Assembly: GCA_028865345.1 (NCBI GenBank)
Contig: JAGWKL010000003.1
Location: 128,184-192,183 of the forward strand
Direction: 5' to 3'
Length of the DNA: 64,000 nt
DNA from: Candidatus Omnitrophota bacterium
GTDB taxonomy: Bacteria > Omnitrophota > Gorgyraeia > Zapsychrales > Fredricksoniimonadaceae
Shown piece after piece: positions 1 through 11,000 of this stretch (the first letter of the stretch is position 1; each line of letters opens with the position of its first letter). Both the position numbers and the translations under genes were made by a program. The notes under the pieces are model-generated. The model saw only the letters and a list, made by a program, of their open reading frames with translations, ran no database searches and was not told the origin of the DNA.

Positions 1-1
1 A

Positions 2-172
<171 letters not shown>

Positions 173-179
173 TTTTTTT

Positions 180-746
180 ATGATTCTCATGATCGACAAT
201 TACGACTCATTTACCTATAACCTCGTGCAGTATTTCGGCGAGCTCAAGGCCCGTGTCCAGGTTTTTCGCAATGACGCATTGAGCGTTGCAAAGATCGTCA
301 AGATGAAACCGGAAAAGATTGTCATTTCTCCGGGGCCCGGCCGGCCGGAAGACGCCGGTATTTCCATTGAAATTCTTAAACAACTTGGGCCCCGGATCCC
401 TATTTTGGGTGTCTGCCTGGGGCACCAGGGCATCGGTCATGCTTTCGGCGGCCGTGTCATCAATGCCAGGCGCCTTATGCACGGCAAGACTTCCATGATC
501 AAACATAACGGAAAGGGGATATTTAAAGGCCTGCCCGATCCCTTTGAAGCCACCCGTTACCATTCCCTGGTCATTGACCCCAAGCATGTGCCGGACTGCC
601 TTACGGTCACGGCCACGACCACCGATGACGGTGAGATCATGGGGGTGCAGCATAAAATTTATCCCGTCTACGGCGTGCAATTTCATCCGGAATCTATCTT
701 GACCAAACAGGGCATGAATATCCTCAGGAACTTCCTTCATCTGTGA
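180..746 (+). CDS. trpG: Anthranilate synthase component II / glutamine amidotransferase
   Basis: [29 protein letters not shown] motifs; start moved to ATG 180. Confidence 0.92.
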   Translation: MILMIDNYDSFTYNLVQYFGELKARVQVFRNDALSVAKIVKMKPEKIVISPGPGRPEDAGISIEILKQLGPRIPILGVCLGHQGIGHAFGGRVINARRLMHGKTSMIKHNGKGIFKGLPDPFEATRYHSLVIDPKHVPDCLTVTATTTDDGEIMGVQHKIYPVYGVQFHPESILTKQGMNILRNFLHL

Positions 747-1759
747 TGCACGAATACATCCAACAAATCGAGCGGGGCGAAAACTTAAGCCATGACGCCA
801 TCACGGTGTTGATGGAGTTGATCATGTCCGGCCATGTCCCTCTTCAAGACATTAAAAGGTTTTTGCTGGCCTTAAACAAAAAAGGCCCCACCGTGGAGGA
901 GATCACGGCCTGTGCTTTGATCATGCGCAAATTCGTACTGCCGGTCAAGACCGGCCATGAGGTCGTCCTGGACGTGGTGGGGACCGGCGGTGACCATAAG
1001 GGTACCTTTAATATCTCGACGGTGACGGCCATTGTCGTGGCAGCCTGCGGGGTGGTGGTGGCCAAGCACGGCAACCGCCGCGTTTCCAGCCGTTGCGGAA
1101 GCGCGGATGTCCTGGAGAAGCTCGGCATCAAGGTGGACATAGAAGAGAGACACCTGGGCCGCGCCCTGGACACGATAGGGCTGGCCTTTTTATTCGCCCA
1201 GCGCCTGCATCCGGCCATGAAAAATGTGGCCCCGGCCCGGCAGGCCCTGGGGGTCAGGACCATTTTTAATATCCTGGGGCCCTTGACCAATCCCGCGCTC
1301 GCCACACATCAGGTCATGGGCGTTTACAGCCGCGACCTTGTTGAGCCGATGGCCGAGGTGCTTAAGGGGCTGGGCCTTAAACGGGCGCTTGTCGTGCACG
1401 GTAATGACGGCCTTGATGAGATCACAACGACGGACGTGACCTTTGTCAGTGAATTCAACGGAAAAGAGATCATCAGTTATGATATCGATCCGGCAGAATT
1501 GGGAGTCCCCCGTGCCCGCCTGAAGGACCTGGAAGGCGGCGATGCCGATGAAAATGCTTCCATTGTGCTTAAGATTTTGGGAGGGGAACACGGGGCCCAT
1601 CGGGACGTCGTGCTCGTCAATGCGGCTTATGCCCTTTATACGGCCCAGGCGGTGGATAACATAAGTGCCGGCATGCAGATGGCGCGGCATGCCGTTGATT
1701 CCGGACGCGCCATGCAAAAATTGGAAGATTTAGAGGAGTTTACCTGCAGTGTTCGATGA
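743..1759 (+). CDS. trpD: Anthranilate phosphoribosyltransferase
   Basis: [39 protein letters not shown]. Confidence 0.96.
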   Translation: MMHEYIQQIERGENLSHDAITVLMELIMSGHVPLQDIKRFLLALNKKGPTVEEITACALIMRKFVLPVKTGHEVVLDVVGTGGDHKGTFNISTVTAIVVAACGVVVAKHGNRRVSSRCGSADVLEKLGIKVDIEERHLGRALDTIGLAFLFAQRLHPAMKNVAPARQALGVRTIFNILGPLTNPALATHQVMGVYSRDLVEPMAEVLKGLGLKRALVVHGNDGLDEITTTDVTFVSEFNGKEIISYDIDPAELGVPRARLKDLEGGDADENASIVLKILGGEHGAHRDVVLVNAAYALYTAQAVDNISAGMQMARHAVDSGRAMQKLEDLEEFTCSVR

Positions 1760-2540
1760 TTTTTTAAAAGATATGGCCCGGCATAAGTTAGAGGCCCTGG
1801 AGGCCAAAAAAGCTTATTACGATAATTTGATCAAGAACATGAAGCCCCTGGAAGGCGAGAGGTATAAGATCTTTAAAAAGGCGATATCGAAGCCGGGGGG
1901 GATCAACCTGATCGCCGAAATCAAAAAAGCCTCGCCTTCCGCGGGGCTCATCCGTGAGGATTTCGATGCGCCTAAGATCGCCCGGATTTATGTCGAGAAC
2001 AACGTCGCGGCTATTTCGGTCTTGACGGAGGACAAATATTTTTTAGGGAAATTTTCGTATTTGAGCCAGGTGGCCAGGCATGCTCCCGTTCCCGTGCTTA
2101 TGAAAGACTTCATTGTGCATGAGTACCAGATCTATGAAGGGCTTTTTTACGGGGCGTCTGCGGCGCTTTTGATCGTGGCGATGCTCACCAACAGTCAGTT
2201 GAGGAGCCTTATGCAGGCGGCCCATCATTTGGGTCTGGATTGTTTGGTTGAGGTGCATGACGAAATCGAAATGGAACGCGCCCTTGCCTGCGGGGCCGAG
2301 ATCATCGGGATCAATAACCGTAGTTTGCAGACCTTGAATGTTGATTTGAACAATTGCCTTAAAATCATTCCGCTTATCCCCAAGGGCATTGTCATCGTTG
2401 CCGAAAGCGGTCTTAAAACGTATTCTGATGTCGTGCAGGTCTCAAAGGCGGGCGCCCACGCGGTATTGATCGGGGAGGCCTTCATGCGTTCGGCCGACAT
2501 CGGCGCCAAGATTAGGGAAGTGATGCATGGTACGCGTTAA
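1749..2540 (+). CDS. trpC: Indole-3-glycerol phosphate synthase
   Basis: IAEIKKASPS, ISVLTE, KDFI, GINNR, AESG. Confidence 0.96.
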   Translation: MFDDFLKDMARHKLEALEAKKAYYDNLIKNMKPLEGERYKIFKKAISKPGGINLIAEIKKASPSAGLIREDFDAPKIARIYVENNVAAISVLTEDKYFLGKFSYLSQVARHAPVPVLMKDFIVHEYQIYEGLFYGASAALLIVAMLTNSQLRSLMQAAHHLGLDCLVEVHDEIEMERALACGAEIIGINNRSLQTLNVDLNNCLKIIPLIPKGIVIVAESGLKTYSDVVQVSKAGAHAVLIGEAFMRSADIGAKIREVMHGTR

Positions 2541-3189
2541 AATTTGCGGGATCACCAATGAACTGGACGCCCAGCGGGCCGCCCGTGCCGGGGCCTGGGC
2601 GGTAGGTTTTATTTTTTACAAGAAGTCTCCACGTTTCATATCGCCTTTTAAAGCCAGGAAAATCATCGATACCCTGCCGCCCTTTATTACGCCCGTCGGT
2701 GTTTTTGTCAACCATAAGTCCGGCGCCATCCGCGACATTATTTCCCATTGCGGCCTGCGCGCGGTGCAGCTGCACGGGGAAGAAGACCATCATTTTTGTC
2801 ACAGGCTTAAATCCCAGAATCTCAAAGTCATCAAGGTCTTCCGTGTGGGTGGGAATTTTGATCTCCGGACGCTCGATGCCTTCAAGGTGGACGCGTTTAT
2901 GTTCGACACTTACGATAGGGACAATTACGGAGGCACGGGGAAAACATTCGACTGGGAGGTTTTAAAACAGGTCAAGGCCTCCCATGATGTGCCGGTCATT
3001 TTATCCGGAGGCCTGAATGCCCAGAACGTGATCGAACCGGTCAATGTCCTAAAGCCTTATGCCGTTGATGTCAACAGCGGCGTGGAAGAATCTCCGGGGA
3101 AAAAAGACCACAGGAAGATGAAAGATTTTATCGACATTGTCACCTATATCAGCGGCGCCAAGGTCAAGGATCATGCTAACGATCATTGA
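2527..3189 (+). CDS. trpF: Phosphoribosylanthranilate isomerase
   Basis: VKICGIT, QLHG, GGTGKTFDW, DVNSGVE. Confidence 0.96.
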   Translation: MVRVKICGITNELDAQRAARAGAWAVGFIFYKKSPRFISPFKARKIIDTLPPFITPVGVFVNHKSGAIRDIISHCGLRAVQLHGEEDHHFCHRLKSQNLKVIKVFRVGGNFDLRTLDAFKVDAFMFDTYDRDNYGGTGKTFDWEVLKQVKASHDVPVILSGGLNAQNVIEPVNVLKPYAVDVNSGVEESPGKKDHRKMKDFIDIVTYISGAKVKDHANDH

Positions 3190-4201
3190 CAATAAAGAGT
3201 TGCGTTGCGTTATTAAGCTCAGCGGCCGGGCCATCCGCGGCTTTCTGTCGGGCGCCGATCCTGCCGGCTTCAAGGGCGAAGCGCGCATGGCCATTGCTCT
3301 TTTTAAGGCTGATCCGGCCGCATTCTCCGATGATAAGCTGGTCACTTACGGCAAAGGAATCCTGAAGGCCGTCGATTACCCGGTGCGCATCGAAATACGC
3401 GGGGCCACGCGGGAGGGGGCGGGGCAAATGGTGGCCAAGGGGATCTGGGGTCCGGCGCGCGGGGTTGCGGCATCCGAGATCGCCCGTCAGTGCCGCCGGC
3501 TGGGATTTGGCTTGCATCTGAAATTAGCAGGCACATCGTCGATTGAATTCAATGTGGAAGGAGTGGACAAGTCCCTGCCTATTCATTTCTTACAAGGGGC
3601 TTTTGAAGAAGTCCTTAAGGAAATGAAGTACAGGCCAGGTCCCGGCATCGATAGTTCCAGGAGCAAAACAATCATTGCTGCCGATGGGGATGGTACGATC
3701 TACGACGGCCCCCGAGTCGGTTTTCTGCCGGCCCTGGCTGAAAGCCCTGTGAGGGAGCCGCTCTGCGATTATTTGCGGGCGGGGGGCATATTTATGCTGG
3801 TCTCGGGCAATGACCTTGACCGTTCATTCAAGCGTTTGGTGGATGCCTTGCCCAGGCAGGTTTATTGCAGGGTCTTGGTCGCGGCTAACGGCGGCTCTGA
3901 ATTGGTATGTGTGGATCCCAGGGGGGCGCCTAAGCCTGTTTCAGGTTATAGAAAGCAGGCTCTTGAATTTGCCCGGAACAAATCCTCCCGCAGGCCTTTG
4001 GACATTGTCTATATCGGTGACGACGGCTCCAGGGAAGGCAATGATTATCCGGCTTTTAAGGCCGTTGGTTTTAAACGTTCCATTCTGGTGGCCCGCCGGT
4101 TTTTAGCTGATTATGATCCGGCCCTTAAGGCCGGTTATATAGGCGGCCTGCTGCAGGGTACCCGTCGATATCTAAAGTCTTATTTATCCCATTGCCAGTA
4201 G
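3173..4201 (+). CDS. HAD-superfamily (IIB/phosphomannomutase-like) protein with rearranged motif order
   Basis: DGDGT, LVSGN, GDDGSREGND and GTSSIEFNVEGVDK motifs; ATG 3173 overlaps trpF end. Confidence 0.65.
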   Translation: MLTIIDNKELRCVIKLSGRAIRGFLSGADPAGFKGEARMAIALFKADPAAFSDDKLVTYGKGILKAVDYPVRIEIRGATREGAGQMVAKGIWGPARGVAASEIARQCRRLGFGLHLKLAGTSSIEFNVEGVDKSLPIHFLQGAFEEVLKEMKYRPGPGIDSSRSKTIIAADGDGTIYDGPRVGFLPALAESPVREPLCDYLRAGGIFMLVSGNDLDRSFKRLVDALPRQVYCRVLVAANGGSELVCVDPRGAPKPVSGYRKQALEFARNKSSRRPLDIVYIGDDGSREGNDYPAFKAVGFKRSILVARRFLADYDPALKAGYIGGLLQGTRRYLKSYLSHCQ

Positions 4202-4247
4202 TCCTGCTGTTTCTCCCGGCCCTGTGGGCGCATCATGCCTGCCGGGG

Positions 4248-4275
4248 TTGACAAATCAGCCTGGGGAGGGATAAT
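4248..4275 (+). promoter_or_regulatory. Sigma70-type promoter for menG-menF-menD
   Basis: TTGACA-16 nt-GATAAT, 10 nt before ATG 4286. Confidence 0.55.
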
Positions 4276-4285
4276 AACCCTCATT

Positions 4286-5005
4286 ATGAAAACCGATAAA
4301 GACCTGGTTTTTCCAAAATCTGATTCCTGGAAAATGTTCAATGCTATTGCCGGGCGGTATGATTTCTTAAACCGCCTTCTGTCTCTGGGTCAGGACCTGC
4401 GCTGGCGCCGGGCTTTGAAAAAATTCTTGCCTGATTCGAACAAACAAACCATCCTGGATTTGGCCACAGGCACCGCGGACGTTTTGATAGCCCTGGCCCG
4501 GGACAATCCCAGGATCCATAAGGGGTACGGCATTGATCCGGCCGTCAAAATGCTCAGCCTGGGCCGAAAGAAAATTGCGTCCCGCCATCTGGAAGGCCGC
4601 CTTTCCTTGCAGGAAGCCGATGCACAGGCGCTGCCTTTCTCCGACGGGACTTTTGACGCTGTGACCATTGCCTTCGGCATTCGCAATATCCCGGACCTTC
4701 GCCTGGCGCTCTTGGAAATGTACAGGGTCGCCAAAAAGGGCGGGCGTGTGCTGATCCTGGAGTTTTCGAAACCCGAAAATCCTTTTTTAAAGGCCGGCCA
4801 TTGGCTTTATTTGCAGACGGTTGTGCCTCTGGTGGGTTTTTTGTTTTCCGGAAATTTTAAAGCGTACACGTATTTAAATCAAACCATCCAGACCTTCCCC
4901 TACGGAGACCGCTTTTGCAAGATCCTCAAGCAGATGGGATTTGTCAATATCAAGCCGTATTTTCTGATGGGCGGGGTGGCCACCATTTATGTTGCCCAAA
5001 AATAA
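4286..5005 (+). CDS. menG: Demethylmenaquinone methyltransferase (UbiE/MenG)
   Basis: YDFLNRLLSLGQD, LDLATGTAD, IAFGIRN, ILEFS. Confidence 0.93.
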   Translation: MKTDKDLVFPKSDSWKMFNAIAGRYDFLNRLLSLGQDLRWRRALKKFLPDSNKQTILDLATGTADVLIALARDNPRIHKGYGIDPAVKMLSLGRKKIASRHLEGRLSLQEADAQALPFSDGTFDAVTIAFGIRNIPDLRLALLEMYRVAKKGGRVLILEFSKPENPFLKAGHWLYLQTVVPLVGFLFSGNFKAYTYLNQTIQTFPYGDRFCKILKQMGFVNIKPYFLMGGVATIYVAQK

Positions 5006-6308
5006 TCTCATTTCTTTGCAAGAAGCCAGGGGGCAGATGTTCTCCTTTATTAAGGCGTACAAGCCGTCTAAAACCATCCGGCGCCTTGAGATCAAGGTCC
5101 GCCCCGTGGACATGATGGCCTGGCTGACCTTGCAGAAGGATGAGGTCAAAATTTATGGCGCCAACCAAAGCGACAGCATGAGCATTGCAGGCATAGGAGA
5201 GGCTGTTTGCATCAGGGCCGGACGGCTGGGCTCGTTTAAAAAAGTATTTCAAAGCTTACGGTCTTTTTTATTGCCGCAGTACCCGTATTTGCAATGGTAC
5301 GGAGGGTTTTGTTTTGATGACCGCCATCAGGACGGGGATTGGAAAGAGTTCGGCGCGTACCGTTTTATCCTGCCGCGCTTTGAGCTGGCCGCCCAGGCCG
5401 GCAAGATGATATTTTGCTGCAATTTAATAGGCAAGATCGATACCAGGGAGGTTTTAAAGCAGCTGGCCGCCATCAGGGCCGACGGTTTTGGCGCTTCCGG
5501 CGGCGGACGGAATGTCTTTTCAATTTCCCGGCGGACAGACCAGCCTGACCAACGGCGATGGGAAAACGGGGTCAGCCGGATTTTAAGAGCCAGGCCCGTC
5601 AAGAAGGTGGTGCTGGCGCGTAAGACCGTCCTCGATTTCCAGCAGGTCCCCGATCCCTGGGCCATGCTGCGGCAATTAAAAGCCGTCACGCCCAATAGCT
5701 ATCATTTCGCATTCCAGTTTAAGAATAAGGTCTTTTTAGGAGCGTCGCCCGAACGCCTTTATCAACGTTTTCAGAGGTCTATAGAGTCCGAGGCGTTGGC
5801 CGGCACCATGCCGAAATCCGCAGCGCCTTCGCTGCTGCAGAAGTCTGAAAAAAATAAATATGAGCACGCGTTGGTCGTCGATGCCATTGACGGTTCTTTT
5901 AAACAATTGTGTACGGCCTTCCGGAAGGACAGGCGGCCCGGTATTTTGACGCTGCCCAACGGGCATCACCTGATCACTAAATTTCAGGGACAATTAAAAG
6001 ATGGCGTAAATGACGAAGATATCCTACAATTCCTTCATCCGACTCCGGCATTAGGCGGTACCCCAAGACCGGCAGCCTTGAAGCTGATCCGCATCCTGGA
6101 AGGGTTTTCGCGGGGCTGGTATGGCGCGCCGATAGGCTATGTCGGCCTGGATTGGGCGGAATTTGTGGTGGGGATCCGTTCGGGCCATCTTCAGGGCAAA
6201 AAATTATCGGTTTTTGCCGGCGCGGGGATCGTACAGGGTTCCGAGGCCAGGGCGGAGTGGAATGAAGTTGAGAATAAGATCAGTAATTTTATAAAAATCA
6301 TCCGATGA
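4989..6308 (+). CDS. menF: Isochorismate synthase
   Basis: KVVLAR, GASPERL, ALAGT, HPTPALGG, GAGIV; lies between menG and menD. Confidence 0.9.
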   Translation: MLPKNNLISLQEARGQMFSFIKAYKPSKTIRRLEIKVRPVDMMAWLTLQKDEVKIYGANQSDSMSIAGIGEAVCIRAGRLGSFKKVFQSLRSFLLPQYPYLQWYGGFCFDDRHQDGDWKEFGAYRFILPRFELAAQAGKMIFCCNLIGKIDTREVLKQLAAIRADGFGASGGGRNVFSISRRTDQPDQRRWENGVSRILRARPVKKVVLARKTVLDFQQVPDPWAMLRQLKAVTPNSYHFAFQFKNKVFLGASPERLYQRFQRSIESEALAGTMPKSAAPSLLQKSEKNKYEHALVVDAIDGSFKQLCTAFRKDRRPGILTLPNGHHLITKFQGQLKDGVNDEDILQFLHPTPALGGTPRPAALKLIRILEGFSRGWYGAPIGYVGLDWAEFVVGIRSGHLQGKKLSVFAGAGIVQGSEARAEWNEVENKISNFIKIIR

Positions 6309-8050
6309 ACTTTGCCAATATCAACCACTGCTGGGGAAGCCTGATCATCGAAGAGCTTTCGCGCCTGGGGGTGGATTATTTCTGTGTAGCCCCGGGTTCG
6401 CGCAGTTCGCCTTTGGTCATTCCGTTGGCCCAAAAAGGCTTGAAGAGTTTTGTACATTTCGATGAGCGCGGCCTTGCTTTTCATGCCATGGGCTACATTG
6501 CCGCAACCAGGAAACCTGCGGTGATCATCAGCACGTCAGGCACGGCCGGAGCGAATTTTTATCCGGCGATTATTGAGGCTTCAAAGAAAAAACTGCCGCT
6601 CATCGTCATCACCGCCGACAGGCCGCCGGAATTAAGGCAAACCGGCGCCGTGCAGACCATTGACCAGGTCGGGTTATATGGGAAGTATGTGTGTTGGGCG
6701 ATGGACATGCCCTGCCCGGATACCAAGATCAGCCCGGAGTTTGTCCTGACAACCGTGGCCCAGGCGTGGTACCAGGCGCTGAGGCATCACAGGCCGGTGC
6801 ACATCAACTGCATGTTCCGCCAGCCGCTGGCCCTCACAGCCGGCCGGGAAAACCTTAAAACCTACCTTAAATCTTTGGATAGGTGGGCCGCCTCGCAAAA
6901 GCCCTATACGGAATATGCTACGGGCTTTGGGCCGGCCCCTTTAGCTGTCCCTAAGAAAATAGCGGCACGGCTTCAGGCCATCAAGAACGGCGTCATCGTC
7001 GTCGGCAGGCTCGCAAGTGCCGAAGAAGGCGGGCTGGTCGTGGCCCTGGCTGAAAAGTTAGGCTGGCCTGTTTTTGCGGATGTCTCTTCGGGGCTGCGTT
7101 TGGGGCACGCCCGGGGATGTTTGATCCATTATTTCGATCATCTGTTATCGTCAGATCAATTGGCCGGGAAATTGAATTTTGACGGGGTGCTTCATCTGGG
7201 GGGACGGATGACGTCGGTGCGTTATTACGACTTTATTCAAAAACGACGGCCTGCGGAATATATCATGGTCATCAACCACGCCTTGCGCAACGACCCCAAC
7301 CATCAGGTCACCTTGCGCGTTGAATCCGGTGTCGGTCATTTTATTCAGACGGTCATCAGGTTTATCAAGGCGCGCAAAGGCTCCCGCGCGTTGAAGATTT
7401 TGTCCAAAGCCGATGAGGCCGCCGACCGATCGATCGAAAAGTCTTTTGTCCACGATGAAGCTCTCAGCGAACCCCGCGTGGCCCGTCTGGTTTCTCAGCT
7501 GGTGCCTGCAGGCCAGGGGCTTTTCTTAAGCAACAGCATGCCCATCCGTGATATGGCCAATTTTGCGGATTTTAAAGGCAACCCGGTCCTTGTCAACGCC
7601 AATCGCGGGGCGAGCGGCATCGACGGCATTATTGCTTCCGCCGCGGGATATGCCCGAGGGTCGGGCAGGCCCGCCACCTTGATGATCGGCGATCTGGCCG
7701 CCTTGCATGACCTTAATTCCCTGGGCATGCTTGGCGCTCTGTGCGTGCCTTTGGTCATCGTGGTCCTCAACAACGCAGGAGGGGCCATCTTTTCTTTTTT
7801 GCCGATCGCCGGATTCAAGGAAGGCTTTGAAAAGTTTTGGGCCGCGCCGCATTCTTACACCCTGGAGGCGGCGGCCCAAATGTTCGGGCTCGGTTACAGG
7901 CGGCCCATGGGTGCGGGGCAGTTTAAGAAAGATTATGCCCGGGCGCTCGGATCCCGGATTTCAACGGTCATTGAAGTCATGACCAACCGGGAAGAAAATT
8001 TAAGAATACATAAGCAATTGCAAGAGACTATCCATAAAGTCATTTCATAG
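6305..8050 (+). CDS. menD: SEPHCHC synthase
   Basis: PGSRSSPL, DER, SGTA, ADRPPEL, NSMPIR, NRGASGIDG, GDLA. Confidence 0.95.
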   Translation: MNFANINHCWGSLIIEELSRLGVDYFCVAPGSRSSPLVIPLAQKGLKSFVHFDERGLAFHAMGYIAATRKPAVIISTSGTAGANFYPAIIEASKKKLPLIVITADRPPELRQTGAVQTIDQVGLYGKYVCWAMDMPCPDTKISPEFVLTTVAQAWYQALRHHRPVHINCMFRQPLALTAGRENLKTYLKSLDRWAASQKPYTEYATGFGPAPLAVPKKIAARLQAIKNGVIVVGRLASAEEGGLVVALAEKLGWPVFADVSSGLRLGHARGCLIHYFDHLLSSDQLAGKLNFDGVLHLGGRMTSVRYYDFIQKRRPAEYIMVINHALRNDPNHQVTLRVESGVGHFIQTVIRFIKARKGSRALKILSKADEAADRSIEKSFVHDEALSEPRVARLVSQLVPAGQGLFLSNSMPIRDMANFADFKGNPVLVNANRGASGIDGIIASAAGYARGSGRPATLMIGDLAALHDLNSLGMLGALCVPLVIVVLNNAGGAIFSFLPIAGFKEGFEKFWAAPHSYTLEAAAQMFGLGYRRPMGAGQFKKDYARALGSRISTVIEVMTNREENLRIHKQLQETIHKVIS

Positions 8051-11000
8051 ATGAATTTTGCCGAGCTCGATTTTAACGAAGAATTCGCCGCGGCTTTCGA
8101 GGCCCTGGAAAATACCGGCGGGCATGTCTTTGTGACCGGCAAGGCGGGTTGCGGCAAATCGACCCTGCTGCAGTATTTCCGGGCCAAAACACCCAAAAAC
8201 GTCGCCGTGCTGGCGCCCACCGGGGTTGCGGCCATCAACGTCCAGGGGCAAACCATCCATTCCTTTTTTAATTTCAAACCCGACGTGACTCCCGAGACGG
8301 TAGGGGACATCCCCGTGCGCAAGGCCAAGCGCAAAATGTATCAGCAGTTGGACGCCCTGATCATCGACGAAGTCTCCATGGTGCGTGCGGACCTTATGGA
8401 TTGCATCGATGTTTTTCTGCGTCTTTACGGGCCGCATTATGACCGCCCTTTCGGGGGAGTGCAGATGGTCTTTTTCGGCGACCTGTTTCAATTGCCGCCG
8501 GTGGTCGGCCCCAAAGAGCGGGATATTTTCAGGGGCCATTATGCAACGCCGTATTTTTTTTCAGCCAAGGCTTTTGAAACGCTGGATTTCAGGGTTTTGC
8601 AATTGGAGAAAATTTACCGCCAAAAGGATGAGCATTTCATCCGTTTACTCAATGCCGTCCGGCAAGACAGCGTCGAAGGTCATCACTGGGAGGCGCTCAA
8701 CCGCCGGTTTAAGCCGCAACACCGGTTTGCCCCGGAGGAATTTTATATCGTGTTGACCACCACCAACGCCATTGCCGACAAGGTCAACGCCCAGCGCCTG
8801 TATAACCTGCCGGGTCTTCCCAAAATTTATAAGGGCATCATATCGGATAAATTCGAGCAAAAATCCCTGCCCGCTCCGGAGGTCCTGGAGCTTAAAGGCG
8901 GCGCGCAGATCATGATGTTAAGCAACGATCCGGACAAACGCTGGGTCAACGGATCTTTAGGCAAGATCACCTCCATCGTGGTTGGCAGCGATGGGGATGA
9001 TGTGATCATGGTGGAATTGGAAAACGGCGGGTCGGTTGACGTCAAAAAACACACCTGGGAAATCTACCAATATTATTTCGATGAGGTCAACAATGCGATG
9101 GCTTCCAAGGTGGTTGGAAATTTTACGCAATATCCCCTGAAATTGGCCTGGGCCGTGACCATCCATAAATCCCAGGGCCAGACCTTTGACCATGTGGTCA
9201 TTGATGTGGGGTGGGGGACTTTCTCCCATGGCCAGATGTACGTGGCGCTGAGCCGCTGCACGACGCTGGAGGGTATCGTCCTTAAACAACCGCTCAACCA
9301 AAAGCATATTATGATTGATGAGCGGATCTTGCAGTTCATGAGGAAGTTCATGTTCCTTTTGTTCCTCCCGTTGTTGGCAAGCCTGGGGCAGGCCCAGACA
9401 CCGACGCTTGACCGCAGCCGTCTCGTTACCCAGGATTTAAGCCGGATAGAGAACAAAGAGGCTGATCCCAATGCTTGGGAAGAAAAGAACAGCGACCAGC
9501 CGTACGTGGCGCTTCTGGCCGAGACGGATACGGTCATCCATAACGACTGGTCCGTGACCCAAGATTATCATGCCCGCGTCAAGATCCAGAAGGAGGCGGC
9601 CAAGAAGCTGGGATCATGGCCCATTTATTACAACAAAGCCCGGGAACAGATCACGGATATCGAAGCTTATTTTGAAACACCCGACGGCAGGAGGCTCAAG
9701 GCCACCGACATCAAGGATTTGCCGGCCTACGGCCAGTCGCCGCTTTATTCCGACATGCGCCTTAAGGTCATCAGTTTCCCTCAGATCACCATCGGCACGG
9801 TCATTGATATACGGATCAAGACGAAGATTTTTAAAGAGGAGATCCCGAACCAATTTTGGGACGAAGTGACCTATCCTTCCATTCCTACCAAATTTGCGCG
9901 GTACACCTATGTTTTTCCCGCGGATAAGCCCATCCGTTTTTCCGCTTACAATAATAATATGCACCCGCTGATCGAAAAAACCGGCGGTACGGTCAAATAT
10001 TCTTTTATTTTTGAAGACACGTCTTACAGCGAGGATGAGGATTTCATGCCCCCTTCTGATGAGACGGTGGGAGTGCTGTCCCTGTCGTCCATCAGTGATT
10101 GGAAACAGGTGGCCGGCTGGTGGCGTGATGCCATCCATAAAAATACCGTGGATGATCCCGGGATTTCCGCCGAAGTCTCGGCGTTGACCAAAGGGAAAAC
10201 CGGCGATAAAGAAAAATTGCACGCTGTCCTGGAATTCATCCAGGACAATTTCCGTTATGTGCCCATGAGCATGGGGAACCATGCGGTGGGGTTGCATCCG
10301 ACCCCGGAAATCTTTAAAAGCCGCTACGGCGACGGCAAAGACTTGGGGCTGTTGGCCAGGCAGATGCTTGAAATGGCCGGCATTCATGCCGACATCTGTT
10401 TGATGAGCGATGAGTTCAGCGGCGATCCGCAGCACCGCCTGCCCAGCCTTTCGGTTTTCGACCGTGTGATCTTACAGGCGAGTGTCAACGGCCGGAAATA
10501 TTTCGTGGACCCCTTGGCTAAGGGGTATGACTTGGGCCAATGGCCTTCCAGTTATGATAATGCCTATGTGCTGGTCATTGCCTCCGGTTCCAGCAGCTTT
10601 CAAAATATTCCCGTGGCCGGCGGGTCTTTCCATGCCGTCGCCTCCGACAGCGACATCACCGTTGCCGATGACGGTTCGGCCCAATTCCGTGTGCATGTCA
10701 AGATGCCGGTAGAAGCTTCGGAGGATTTCAAGAGCAATTGGGACCCGGCCGATGATGGATCCAAGCAGAAATTCTTTGACAGATTGCAGGCCACCTTTGC
10801 CCAGGGCGGTAAAATAACCGACCGCCGGGTGAAAGGCCTGGATAAACGCTACGGCCAGGTTGAATTTACGTTTAAGTATACTGCGGCCCAAGTCTATCAA
10901 ACGGTCAATGACATGCTCCTTTTAAGGGAACAGGACCAGGGCGATGTGCCTGATTTTGAGCTGAACGCTCCCCGTCATTATCCTATATTTGTGCCCACCA

